A stretch of 64,000 nucleotides of DNA from Anolis carolinensis (Eukaryota): assembly GCF_035594765.1 (NCBI RefSeq), contig NC_085843.1, positions 210,963,971-211,027,970 on the forward strand, read 5' to 3'. The notes beneath the pieces are model-generated. The model was not told the DNA's origin. It made no database searches and saw only the letters and a list, made by a program, of their open reading frames with translations. Shown one piece after another: positions 1-13,301 of this stretch. A program made the position numbers and the translations under genes. How positions within the stretch are numbered: position 1 is the stretch's first letter; every line of letters starts with the position of its first letter.

Positions 1-112
1 CCACCCCATTTTCTTTTCAGACAAAGGAAGTCTTCTGTTACTTTTGTCATCACATTAATATTGTCATTTTTAAAATATTATTCTGAATTCTAACTGCTTT
101 GAAAAATAATTA

Positions 113-537
113 CCGTGTTTCCCCAAAAATAAGACAGTGTCTTATATTATTTTTTACTCCCAAAGATACGCTAGGTCTTATTTTCAGGGGATGTCTTATT
201 TTTCCATGAAGAAGAATTCACATTTATTGTTGAACAAAAAAATGAACATTTATTATATACTGTACAGTAGTTGTCACCACAAACCAACATAACTAAACCA
301 GACAAACTGTGACTCCTGTCAAGAATTTCTTGTTACTACCATTATTTCCATATACAACTGGTATGTACATTTACCAATCCTGCATGCTATGGTGTTTTGT
401 TTGACGGGCGCCGGGCATGCTTCCAAACAAAAGCTTTGCTAGGTCTTATTTTCAGGGGAGGCCTTATATTTAGCAATTCAGCAAAACCTCTACTAGGTCT
501 TATTTTCTGGGGATGTCTTATTTTAGGGGAAACAGGG
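113..537. mobile_element. Non-autonomous Tc1/mariner-superfamily (Tc2/pogo-like) DNA transposon
   Basis: TIR CC(G/C)TGTTTCCCC.AAAATAAGAC, TA flanks, repeated subterminal CTAGGTCTTATTTT motifs. Confidence 0.75.
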
Positions 538-1244
538 TAGGTGGCAACCAATATTGTAAAAACATCATGATCAAGTCTCCCACTTTTTTCTGTGATCCCA
601 TACAACTCAAACACAATATTCAGATTTTATTCCATACTTATTAGGGCTACGCAAAAGTTGTTTGTGCATCATATGTTGGATCTATTTAGTAAAATCTGTA
701 CATATGACATGATTTTCAAACGATAAGCTTATATTTATCCCACAAAACCCCAAGACAAGCTAATGAGCAAAATAAAAGTCTGTTTTTTATATCTGATTTA
801 GTCCTCAGCCCTGAAAGTCTTGGAAAAACAGTAGATCAACCGCAGTTTCTAGAACGCTGCAAAACAGGAAACTGCATTATACCAAGTTACACCATTGGTC
901 CAGAAACTGTCATCTGGCAGCAGTTATCTGCAAGATTGTAGGCACATTTCCTGGTCCTCTCAAAAAATTCCTTTTATTACCAATGGTCTCCTATCAAACT
1001 TCTATCCAGTTTTCAACATCAAGTGCCTTGGTGTATGGTGTAAACGTTCACACAGCAATAGCAGCACCATTCAAGGCAGCAAGCCATCATCAACTTCTCA
1101 TCAACTTCATCAAAATCAGAAAGTTGCCATTTGTTCTGCTTTGGACTTAATAACCACCATTTCATGTGTTTAAGCTAAAACTCACTGTTTGCCATGATAT
1201 ACGATTTGAAAACTTCAGAAAACAATATTTACTTAATTCAATTA

Positions 1245-1565
1245 CAGTAGAGTCTCACTTACCCAACATAAACAGGCCGGCAGAATGTTGGATAAGCGAA
1301 TATGTTGGATAATAAGGAGGGATTAAGGAAAGCCTATTAAACATCAAATTAGATTATGATTTTACAAATTAAGCACCAAAACATCATGTTATACAACAAA
1401 TTTGACAGAAAAATAGTTCAATACGCAGTAATGCTATGTAGTAATTACTGTATTTACGAATTTAGCACCAAAATATCACGATATATTGAAAACATTGACT
1501 ACAAAAATGCGTTGGATAATCCAAAACGTTGGATAAGCGAGTGTTGGATAAGTGAGACTCTACTG
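1245..1565 (+). mobile_element. Tc1/mariner (Tigger/pogo-like) MITE family A
   Basis: TIR CAGTAGAGTCTCACTTATCCAAC, TA TSD, ~320 bp, multiple copies in window. Confidence 0.85.
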
Positions 1566-1994
1566 TATACTATTTTCCAGCAAATTTTAAATACTAGGAC
1601 ACAAAGCAACAAAGAATGCAAAATACGGTGGTGTACCTCTGTGAAAACAAAATACTACAGGAACAAAGTAGATACATCTGTGATGACCTCCTAGGCCAAA
1701 GGTCCTCAAACTACGGCCCACATTTAGTCTTGCTGCTCTCACTGCCGCCATTTGCACCTGAGCCCACTCCTGTTACCCCTGTCATTTATGCCCACCCCCT
1801 GCTCCCACCCCCATTTGTGCCCGGCCTATGCGCCCATCGCTGCTGCCTTCTGTGCCAGCCCACCACCGCCATTCGTGCCTGTGTTTGAACTTTCTTTATA
1901 GTTGTTAAGAATGAAGATGTTGTGTCTTTGGATGTATTCTTTCTCCTCTCCCCTTGTTTTTGTCATTGTTGTGCCAAAAGTAAGGCAGATTGAT

Positions 1995-2402
1995 GGGACA
2001 GCAGAGAAAGTGAGGAAGGCAGAAGGAGAACAAACAAGAGCGAGAGAAAGGAAAGGAGAGGTGGAAGGAGAGAGGGAAAGAAAGACAGAGAGGAAGGAAG
2101 GAAGGAAGGAAGGAAGGAAGAAAGGAAGGAGAGGGAGGGTGGGAGAAGGAAAGAAAAAAGAGGAAGGAAAGGGGAAAGGAGGAGGGAGAGAAGGAAGGAA
2201 AAAGAGGAGACAGAAAAAAGAAAATGAAAGACAGAGGTAGAAAAAAGAGGGAAAGAGGGATGAAAGAGTGGGGGGGGAAAGAAAAAAGGAGGGAGGGAAA
2301 AGGGAGGGAAGGAGGAGGGAGAAAAGGAAGAAAGTTAGCTAGAAAACAGAGAGAAGGAAGAAAAGTAAGAAAGAGAAAGAAAGGTGGGAAACAGAGGGAA
2401 GG
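1995..2402 (+). repeat. Purine-rich (GA/GGAA) low-complexity tract
   Basis: ~400 bp almost entirely A/G; produces spurious R/K/E/G ORFs. Confidence 0.9.
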
Positions 2403-2691
2403 ATTTCAGAAAGTGCGGCATAGTGGTTTGAACCTCGGACTGTGGCTCTGAACCTACTGGGTGACTTTCCCCAAGTCCCACTCTCTCAGCCTCAGATGAA
2501 GACAAAGGCGCATAGCATACCCTTTGAATAAATCAAATTTTGTGAGACGGTCATCTTAGGTTGACATAAATCTAAAATGACTTAAAGGTACACAGCAAGA
2601 AACTACCATTTCTATTTGAAGCAGGAAAAGAACTGAAAGGAAGTGTATTTAAAACTATTGAAGAATAAAAATCAAGCATTTCTCAAGATTA

Positions 2692-2901
<210 letters not shown>

Positions 2902-3005
2902 TTAGTATAAAAAACTGATTCCAAAAAGAACTTTAAAGAGGGGTTTTTATGGATATCAAAAAGAATTAAATTATGCTAAATAATTATGTTGATTTAAATA
3001 CTCTA

Positions 3006-3185
3006 AAGGCATCAGATCTCCTCTGAACTTGGAAGGTAAGCTCTGGTTAATACTTTGTTCGGAGACCACCAAAAAATACCAGGTGTTATAAGTTAAATTT
3101 CAGAGGAAAACAATGGGGAAAACACCTCTGAATATCCCTTACCTAATCCTATGGAATTCATAGGAAACTGACAGGCAACATTAAG
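3006..3185 (+). mobile_element. Degenerate 5S rRNA-derived SINE (similar remnants ~30940-31085, ~46085-46270)
   Basis: 5S-like TGGTTAATACTT..GGAGACCACC motif followed by a shared SINE tail. Confidence 0.5.
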
Positions 3186-3506
3186 GTGTGTGTGCACATG
3201 CACACACAATTTAGCCATGCTAACAAATGTAACCATTTCTAAGCTAAAGTTATTGATAAGTCATCAACTGCAAGTATGGACTATTAAAAGTCTTTTTCCT
3301 AAGAAAAATGTTTGCAAAAAATACCTGCAACATTTGAATCGCCGGTAGTAGTACTGGTGAAAACATTTCCAAGCTGTCAATGAGCTCGGCATTTAATGTA
3401 AACCTGATATAATGCACACTGTTGAAAACACTACATGCATTATAGATGCTCCAATATATAGCTTATTTATATGTTGTCAGCATTATATCTATTAAACAGT
3501 AGTTAC

Positions 3507-4863
3507 TAGAGATGTGCACGAAAAAATTTCCTTCATTTCTTTCGTGCTATCTTTTCATGTTGACCGTTCGTCTACGCAATAGATGACATTTTTGTACAAA
3601 ACTATAGGCGACACGATATTAAAAGTGGTACAGTTTCGTGCTTGCTTTTGTTTTCAGCCACATGGCCTCCATGCCTGCAATTCACTTCCTCATGAGTCAG
3701 AGAAGGAGGTAAGAAGGTGATTTTTGGAGAATCGGAGGCCAAGGAATCACTGAAGTGGGCTGGGCAGGGAGTGTAAAGGGAGGACTGCACCAAAAAGAGC
3801 CATTGCTGCTGCTGCTGCTGGGAGCTGGGGCTGGCTGGGTTGGTTGCTGGCTGCTGCTATTGCTGTGTCTCTGCTTGGGCTTGCCTTGGCTTGCCTTTTC
3901 TTGTGCCTTGCCTTTCTGGTGAGGGCACTTCTGGGACTGGGAAATTGGGGCTTGGGGATTTTCACTGGCTGCTGCTTGCCTCATTTAAAAAAAATCCTTT
4001 TCTTGTTGGGTTTCCTTTCCTTTCTCCGTTTATCTCAGTGGCTCAACTGCCTGCCTCTGCCTTGGTCTCCATTTCCTTTGGTGTTTTATTTTACATTTTT
4101 GAAAGCAAATACATATTTGGGGTTTGTAATCTCCAACCCTTGAGTGCTCCGCTTCGCCTTGCTAGGGCGCAGTGATTTCTGACTGGCTGGCTGCAGTGCT
4201 CTTGCCTTATTTTAAAAATTCTATAATGTAATAATAATTTAAAAATAAACAATATCAGGGAAGGAGCTGGGATTTTTCAAGTAGGTTTGGCTGGGGAGTA
4301 CTTGGCCTTTGGGAAAACTACGTTTCCTTTCCCCTCCTTGGTATAGAGCTTTCTACTTTTCTGATCCCCACTCAACCCGTGAGAACTACCTCTTCTTTCC
4401 TTCATCGCTACATACAGGCCAGCATCCTTTGGGTGGTTGGGTGTCGTGTGTCGCCCTTTCAAAGGGAGACTGGCCATGTCTGGCCAGTTTGTCTAAGCTA
4501 TTTTGGGGCGCACGGGGAACTAACCCTTGAGAACTAGCTCTTTATTTCCTTCATCGCTGCATAATGCATACAGGCCAGTGTCCTTTGGGCGGGTTTGGTT
4601 GTTGCGTGTTGCCCTTTCAAAGGGAGACTGGCCCCCTTTGGGAGATTTTGACCCCTCTAGCCCTAAAACTGAGTGGGAGGTGAGCCTCTGAAGCTCTCCC
4701 ATTGCCGCCAATGGCACGAAAAGTTTCATTTTTCGTTAGCGAGACCAAAATTCTATTTGTATAGGGCCCCCCATTTTCGTTAGCAGAAACAAATACAAAA
4801 ATGAGACAAAACGAATGAAACTACACAAAACGAACAGCAATTCCATACAAATGCACAACACTA
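3507..4863. mobile_element. Old non-autonomous hAT-like DNA transposon
   Basis: Imperfect TIR TAGAGATGTGCA/TAGTGTTGTGCA, degenerate 8-bp flanks GTAGTTAC/TTGGCTAC, subterminal CGAA/TTCG repeats, internal direct repeat ~4400-4480/4550-4635. Confidence 0.5.
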
Positions 4864-5886
4864 TTGGCTACCTTATCTTTTGTATTTTGTCAAAGACAAG
4901 AAATGAGAAAGAGGATAGACTCATACTTCTCTAAATGTTAATTTATAGACACTGCTAACTTATCATATTGGGCAGCCATGGAACAAAGCAATGTAAAGTA
5001 ACTTCCAGATACTCTTTCAATGTAACACATAAAAACAAAGAATCCTATTTTTCCCACTGTACACATCTATTAAAAAGATCTAAACGGTTTTATCAATCAA
5101 GAACTATGTCAGGATACGACACACACTAAAGGCTAAAAGATAATAAGAGTGGGCCACATGCACAGCAATAAACTGATTTAGCATCTCTTGGAACTGGCTT
5201 AGAGCTTGATTTGTTTAAATGATGAACATATTAACAATGTCAATGAACTGAAACATGTAGGTAAATACGAACAGAACAAACTGCTTTTCTTATTTCAAAA
5301 AGTATAGCTAATTCCTAATGATTGCTATACTGTTGTGCCTCAAATAATGATGTCACACCAAGAATCAACCTCCACAACAAAGTCACACCAGCCAACCAAA
5401 GAAGCTTTCAAAGGACCTGTAATATGACTATAACTTGAGGGAAAGTTGGAGGGGACGTATCACATTTCCATTCAACATTCTAAGCATGACAGATTCATTA
5501 TGTGCCTGTCAATTTAGTTGTGACTTTAATAAAAAATAGAAATATGTGGATTAGTTAAGCTTGAGATAAAGATTCATCCATGGTCACAAAGTAACCAATA
5601 ACTGATTTAGGATTTGAGTATAGATTTTCCTGTTTGCAGTCTTGACATTATACCATATTGGGTCTACTGTATCTAATCCAGCACTATCTTCTGTGGAAAT
5701 GCTTTCCAATGGACACAGACCCATGTATAGGTCAGCCCTATTTATAAGTCGACAGTAGCAACTGATATGTTGATAGTTGAAACTTAATTTGTCAGAAGGC
5801 ATATAGGGATAAATTTTAAAAAGTGGTAAATGTACAACAATTTGCTTTCCAATGTAGTACAGTTTTATAATAGTTTATATGTCTCA

Positions 5887-6111
<225 letters not shown>

Positions 6112-6731
6112 CTACAATGAAAAAGAACAGCAGAAATATTTAATCATGTGTAATATTTTCACAGCTTGTTACCTTAACTGACTTCCATGATTTACAGCAT
6201 AGAAATGAATCATAACAGCTGTATATAAGCAAATCTGTCTATCTCTACAGACTCTCTTCCAGATTGAGAAATTTAGCATAACTCTAATAAGCCCAAGTAA
6301 GCAACCCTAAGAAAAGGTCTGGGACACTTCTCTACTCTAGAAAAGAAAATACCAGAAGGAAACACAGAACATTAAAATGAAGTTTTCGCTTCTGCCCATA
6401 TTTGGGCTGCATTCAAACAAAGAAGATGGACTTGTCTCACGTTTTTTTCTCCTATGAAACTAGTATGAAATTGGTCTCATATATATTCCTGTACTTCTTA
6501 ACATGGAGCACATTATAACATTTAAGTTAAAAAAAATCCGATTTGTATGAATGTTTATGTACATTCAGTATTTCTTGTTTTTCCTCTTTAAAGTTAGCTT
6601 CTTTATTCCTTTCACTTCTCCCTACAACATATGATGTTGCACTCTAGATGAGATGACTGAGGGTTATTCAGGCCTTGTATTACATCAAAGCCAATGAAAG
6701 TTAATACATCATGAAAGCATTTCAAGAAAGT

Positions 6732-6831
6732 ATAGAATCATAGAATCATAGAATAGTAGAGTTGGAAGAGACCTCATGGGCCATCCAGTCCAACCCCCTG
6801 CTAAGAAGCAGGAAATCGCATTCAAAGCACC
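6732..6831 (-). mobile_element. CR1 LINE 3' end fragment
   Basis: (CATAGAAT)n tail and TCCAGTCCAACCCC motif. Confidence 0.7.
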
Positions 6832-7851
6832 TTACCAGGGAGTAAGAAATGATAAAGATAGGAAGACTAACAAAGTTCACTTTTATAGTGCAAACGTACT
6901 AATATAAAACAGATTAAGATTTACTTGCTTGCTCAAAAGACTATTGCAATGCATCACCACTAACAGTCTGACTGCATAGAACTATGCAAAGTGCAATAAT
7001 CTGTAATGTCAGCTATTGATTTATTTATAATAGTGTGGTAAGAAAAAATTTAGTTCTGATGCAATTATTTATCTCAGAATAAGTAGAAAGGTGCACTGTG
7101 TGTACAGCCCAAGAATTTGGAGGCCAGTTTTGGTCCTTTGCATAGTGTTAGGTGATCCCTCGTAGATCGAGGATGGTCCTCCAATTGTGGGGTCTTGGGG
7201 GTGGGTCCGTAGGTCTTTTTTGGCCGCAGGGTGATGAGCCCTCTGGACATGGCAGTCCAGTCAGGGGTAAGAGAGGCAGACTATGTTTAGGGCATCTTTT
7301 CTAGTGTGAACTAGGCTATCATAAAGTACAACAAAGCTGCTACCTTCTTACTTTAGCTCACAGTTGTTACAATAAAAGTTGAGAGGAATGTTAGACAAAG
7401 GTTGTCCAAACATTATGTGGTTGAGGTCCATACCATATTCTGAACTGCATTGTTGTTAACGCAATCTCATGAATAAGAGACCTCCAAGTCATCCTATTAT
7501 CATATCAATAGCCTTGCTCAGGTCGTGCAGATTACATAACATAGCTTCGTTAATTAAGTCTATCCTTCTGAAATGTGGTCTTCCTCTTTTCCTGTTGCCT
7601 TCTATATTACCAAGCAATACTATTTTCTATCTATCTATTTATTTATTTATTTATTTATTTCAAACATTTATACCCCACCGTTCTCACCCAAGGGGACTCA
7701 GAGCAGCTTACAAGTGGCAATTGATGCCGTTACACTGATATACAATGAACTAAAACGTTAAAACAGTTAAAACAGTTTCTAGAGAGTCCTGTCTTCCCAT
7801 GATGTGTCCGAAGTATGAAAGTGTCATTTTAGTCACCTCAGCTTCTAGAGA

Positions 7852-7860
<9 letters not shown>

Positions 7861-7896
<36 letters not shown>
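7861..7896. repeat. (TG)n microsatellite
   Basis: Direct reading. Confidence 0.95.
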
Positions 7897-7898
<2 letters not shown>

Positions 7899-7952
7899 GA
7901 TTTTAGTAAGAATCTGAGTAGATTCCATCTCCATAGCCTGAAGCAGGTCTAT

Positions 7953-8198
7953 GGTTGTTGTTTATTCGTTCAGTTGCTTCTGACTCTTCATGACCTCATG
8001 GACCAGCCCACGTCAGAGCTTCCTGTTGGCCGTCGCCACCCCCAGCTCCTTCAAGGTCAAGCCAGTCACTTCAAGTATACCATCCATCCATCTTGCCTTT
8101 GGTCGGCACCTCTTCCTTTTTCCTTCCTTTTCCCCCAGCATCATTCTCTTCTCCAAGCTTTCCTGTCTTCTCATTATGTGGCCAAAGTACTTCATCAT
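7953..8198 (-). mobile_element. RTE/BovB-like LINE 3' fragment
   Basis: KYFGHIMRR..LEK..MLG..EGKRKR.RP..RWMDGI motif, (CAA)-type tail. Confidence 0.85.
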
Positions 8199-8658
8199 AT
8201 GTTCCTGGTAATTTATCCCAAGTACTCTAAATGCAGCTTCTACTTCATTTTAAAAAACTGTAGGTCCATCTTCAAACGGATCTTCCTTGAATACATGAAT
8301 CTGTCATTCTTTCATCTCTTATATGTAGTTCTTCACTGCACTGCTTCTATGAACTTTTTATTTCTACTAGGTCATGCAATGTGTTTTCCTTTGTTGGGCA
8401 TATAGCATCCCCATTCTTGCTTTAAATTTTCCTTTAATTCTTGGATCTTATGGAAGAGTTTTCGTTTATCTTTTTTTGTTGTCATTTTCTATTTGCCTGC
8501 ATTAATTATTATAGTGGCTAAACAGTTGCATTTGGGGTTCAAATCCTATTTCCAACAAATAGCAGTTTTGACACTCGTCTGTCCTTAACTGCTTAAACAG
8601 TTTCATTTGTCATCTCTTGAGGCTTCTCTTTCTTTCCTTTCTGACAATGTCCCTGGAT

Positions 8659-9289
8659 TCATAACTTAATCATAACTTAATTTGATGTGTAATAGGCTTT
8701 TCCTTAATCCCTCCAACATTATTATCCAACATATTCGCTTATCCAACGTTCTGCTGGCCCGTTTATGTTGGATAAGTGAGACTCTACTGTGTTTACAAAT
8801 TTAGAACCAAAATATCACAATGAATTTAAAACATTGACTACAAAAACATTGACTACAAAAAGGCAGACTGCGTTGGATAATCCAGAACACTGGATAAGCG
8901 AATGTTGGATAAGTGAGATTCTACTGTAATATGAAATAATTACTGTGGTAATCCAGTCCAACCCAATTCTGCCATTGGACGATACAATCCAAGCACTCCC
9001 AACAGATGGCCAGCCAGCCTCTCAATAATAATAATAATAAGAAGAAGAAGAATAAGAATATCATACAATCCTAAGGTTAACAGATACCCCTAAGGATCAT
9101 CCAGTTCAACTTCCTTATACAATGCAGGACCCCATCTACCCTCACCACTTTCACAGTACACAAACAACCAAATGCATACTAAACATAAAGACAACCATAC
9201 AACAGACATTCAATACCACCACTACCTCAACAAGTTCTCACCAACACCACCGGACAACACCACAGCAACACGTGGCCGGGCACAGCTAG
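8659..9289 (+). mobile_element. Helitron 3' portion ending in hairpin plus CTAG
   Basis: CCACAGCAACACGTGGCCGGGCACAGCTAG ending at 9289; shares ~8670-8950 with 13500-13780. Confidence 0.75.
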
Positions 9290-11438
9290 TCTATATATAT
9301 AAAAGAGTGATGGCATCACGGCAATTCACAAAACAACAAAAGTACAGGCCCCCCAACCTCAAAATTTGACAACACAACCCATCATCCATGCCTCAAGGTT
9401 GATACAACAAAAAGAAAAGAAAAATAAAGTCCTAATTAGAGGGAGAGCAATAATTGTTTTTTATCCAATTGCTGCCAGTTTAGAGGGCTAATCTCTGCCC
9501 ACTTGGTCGCCTAGCAACCAGCCTGTCAGCAAAGGGACAGCCAGGGTTCAGTTAGGAGACAGGCAGATTTAGGCCTAATTTAGGCTTCTTCCACAGATTA
9601 TCTAATTTGCACTGGATTATATGGCAGTGTAGACTCAAGGCCCTTCCACACAGCTATATTACCCATTTAGAATCTTATATTATCTGCTTTGCACTGGATT
9701 ATCCTGACTCCACACTGCCATGTAATCCACTTCAGTGTGCATTTTATACAGCTGTGAAGAAGGAGCCTCATATAATCCACTTTTAGACAGATAATATAAG
9801 ATTATCAATATACAGTAGACTCTCACTTATCCAACATAAACAGGCTGGCAGGATAAGTGAATATGTTGGATAAAAAGAAGGGATTCAGGAAAAGCCGATT
9901 AAACAAATTAAGCACCAAAACATCATATTATACAACAAATTTGACAGAAAAAGTAGTTCCATGCGCAGTAATGCTATGTAGTAATTACAGTAGAGTCTCA
10001 CTTATCCAACACTCGCTTATCCAACGATCTGGATTATCCAACGCATTTTTGTAGTCAATGCTTTCATTGATATTTTGGTGCTAAATTCATAAATACAGTA
10101 ATTACTACATAGCATTACTGTGTATTGAACTACTTTTTCTGCCAAATTTGTTGTCTAACATGATGTTTTGTGCTTAATTTGTAAAATCATAACTTAATTT
10201 GATGTTTAATAGGGTTATCCTTAATCCCTCCTTATTATCCAACATATTCGCTTATCCAACGTTCTGCCGGCCCGTTTATGTTGGATAAGTGAGACTCTAC
10301 TGTACTGTATTTACAAATTTACCACTAAAATATCCAACGCAGTCTGCCTTTTCATAATCAATGTTTTTGTAGTCAGTGTTTTAAATTCATTGTGATATTT
10401 TAGTGGTAAATTTGTAAATACAGTACAGTAGAGTCTCACTTATCCAACATAAACGGGCCGGCAGAACGTTGGATAAGCGAATATGTTGGATAATAAGGAG
10501 GGATTAAGGATAACCCTATTAAACATCAAATTAAGTTATGATTTTACAAATTAAGCACAAAACATCATGTTAGACAACAAATTTGGCAGAAAAAGTAGTT
10601 CAATACACAGTAATGCTATGTAGTAATTACTGTATTTATGAATTTAGCACCAAAATATCAATGAAAGCATTGACTACAAAAATGCGTTGGATAATCCAGA
10701 TCGTTGGATAAGCGAGTGTTGGATAAGTGAGACTCTACTGTAATTACTACATAGCATTACTGCGCATGGAACTACTTTTTCTGTCAAATTTGTTGTATAA
10801 TATGATGTTTTGGTGCTTAATTTGTTTAATCGGCTTTTCCTGAATCCCTTCTTTTTATCCAACATATTCACTTATCCTGCCAGCCTGTTTATGTTGGATA
10901 AGTGAGAGTCTACTGTATATTGATAATCTTATATTATCTGTTTAAAAGTGGATTATATGAGGCTCCTTCTTCACAGCTGTATAAAATGCACACTGAAGTG
11001 GATTACATGGCAGTGTGGAGTCAGGATAATCCAGTGCAAAGCAGATAATATAAGATTCTAAATGGGTAATATAGCTGTGTGGAAGGGCCTTGAGTCTACA
11101 CTGCCATATAATCCAGTGCAAATTAGATAATCTGTGGAAGAAGCCTAAATTAGGCCTAAATCTGCCTGTCTCCTAACTGAACCCTGGCTGTCCCTTTGCT
11201 GACAGGCTGGTTGCTAGGCGACCAAGTGGGCAGAGATTAGCCCTCTAAACTGGCAGCAATTGGATAAAAAACAATTATTGCTCTCCCTCTAATTAGGACT
11301 TTATTTTTCTTTTCTTTTTGTTGTATCAACCTTGAGGCATGGATGATGGGTTGTGTTGTCAAATTTTGAGGTTGGGGGGCCTGTACTTTTGTTGTTTTGT
11401 GAATTGCCGTGATGCCATCACTCTTTTATATATATAGA
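9290..11438. repeat. Large palindrome: two inverted 1045-bp Helitron 5' halves (9290-10334, 10394-11438) with a 59-bp spacer
   Basis: Mirror ORFs 9857..10054(+) and 10674..10871(-) are identical; paired coordinates sum to 20728; one mismatch seen (9786/10942). Confidence 0.95.
9988..10302 (-). mobile_element. MITE family A nested at a TA inside another family A copy within the Helitron arm
   Basis: Both TIRs present; host GTAATTA|CTGTATTT split with TA duplication. Confidence 0.8.
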
Positions 11439-12369
11439 TGAACTTTAAATTCTATGGGGATGTTCTTCAGGTTATATTTTGGCTCAATGGTTGGTTGGTT
11501 TAGTGTTCTTTAGCTTTAATTTTTGATGTTAGCAATTCACGGTCTTTTGAGTTGATGAGATAATCCCAAATTCTAAACTGTAAACATGTGAGAACACATT
11601 TTTTGTAACCATGAAGGCTTCTACCATCCCTACTTTCAGATATTTTTTCTAATTTTGAAATACACTAAATATTTCTGAAATGCCAGGAACTTAATATTGC
11701 TGACTAAATTTTGAGTCTTGGTGTGACAATTTTGATTCTAATATGTTGAAAACAAAGAGTCAGTGTTGACCAGTGGTTTTGTAGATTGGACTGGGTAACC
11801 TTGAGCAAGTCACTCTCTCTCAGAGGAAGGCAATAGCAAACCCCTCTAAACAAACCCTGTAAAGAAAAGCTAATTATAGGTTCACCCTAAGTCTTCGTAA
11901 GCTGGAAATTACTTGACGGCACAGAATCACAATTCTGAACGGTTCTTTTTAAAATCTGAGTTGTAAATAAATATTTATTTAATGTACGTTTACCTTTCTC
12001 CAGATTAAAAATGGCATTCTTATCCAATATAATAAATTACTTCAAAACAAAGTTGCTACTGTGAAATTTAAGAGACAAGCAAGAAATTCGCCTAGAGCAA
12101 CTTAAAAAAATGACTTTAATCATTACAGCATAACAATATTTTGAACTGTTCACAACTATTTCTGCAAACAAGCTAGCAAATTCATTCATGCTAAATTCAT
12201 TCCATAACAAGTTTTGTTTTTTTTAAAAAAGGGGGATTTCATAAAATGTTCCAGATTTTCACCTTCCAGTTGCTACCCAAAGGTAAACAGGGGAGTATTC
12301 CAAGTTTAAAATGTCCATGATTTCCTTAGTATAAACATATATATATATACACACACATATACATACATA

Positions 12370-13256
12370 CTAGCTGTGCCCGGCCACGCGTTGCTGTGGC
12401 GAAGTATGGTAGTATGTTAGAAATAAAGTATTGAGGAATTGGCGGTAGTTAAGATAAAGGGTAAACGTTTTCCCCTGACTCTGGGGGTTGGTGCTCATCT
12501 CCATTTCTAAGCCGAAGAGTTGTCCGTAGACTCCTCCAAGGTCATGTGGGATGACTGCATGGAGCGGCGTTACCTTCCCACCGGAGCAGTACCTATTGAT
12601 GCACTCATATTTGTATGTTTTTGAACTTCTGGGTTGGCAGAAGCTGGGGCTAACAGTGGGGGCTCTCTCCGCTCCCCCAATTCAAATCTGCGGCCTTTCG
12701 GTCCAGAAGTTCAACAGCTCAGCGCTTTAACACGCTGCGCCATCACGGGATATTATTTCCTAAAGGTTGTGAATATACAATATTTCTGATTGGGTTTTTT
12801 TTGTCTGTTGGAGGCAAGTATGAATGCTGCAATTAGGGAAAATGATTAGGATGTAATGGCCTTGCAGCTTTAAAGCCTGGCTGTTTCCTCCCTGAGTGAA
12901 TTTTTTTGTTGGGAGGTGTTAGCTGGCCCTGAATGTTTCCTGTCTGGAATTCCCTTGTTTTCAGAGTGGTGTTGTTTGCAATATTTTATGTGCTTCTACT
13001 GTCTGTGGCCCTGAGAAAACAGATGATTTGCCAGACTTTGATGATGGGAATACTTTGTTGGGAGGTGTTAGCTGGCCCTGATTGTTTCCTGTGTGGAATT
13101 CCCCTGTTTTCAGAGTGTTGTTCTTTATTTAGTGTTCTGATTTTAGAGATTGTATTGTTCTGTTTTATTATACCACATTAATTTTTATATATTCTGATTT
13201 TAGTGTTTTTGAATACTTGGAGCCAGATTGTATTCATTTTCACGGTTGACCGCAAC

Positions 13257-13301
<45 letters not shown>

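Noticed and set aside
1902-2451. R/K/E/G-rich ORFs
   Set aside because: Translation of the purine-rich low-complexity tract
3006-3090. 5S rRNA gene
   Set aside because: Heavily degenerate and fused to a SINE tail; a SINE remnant rather than a gene
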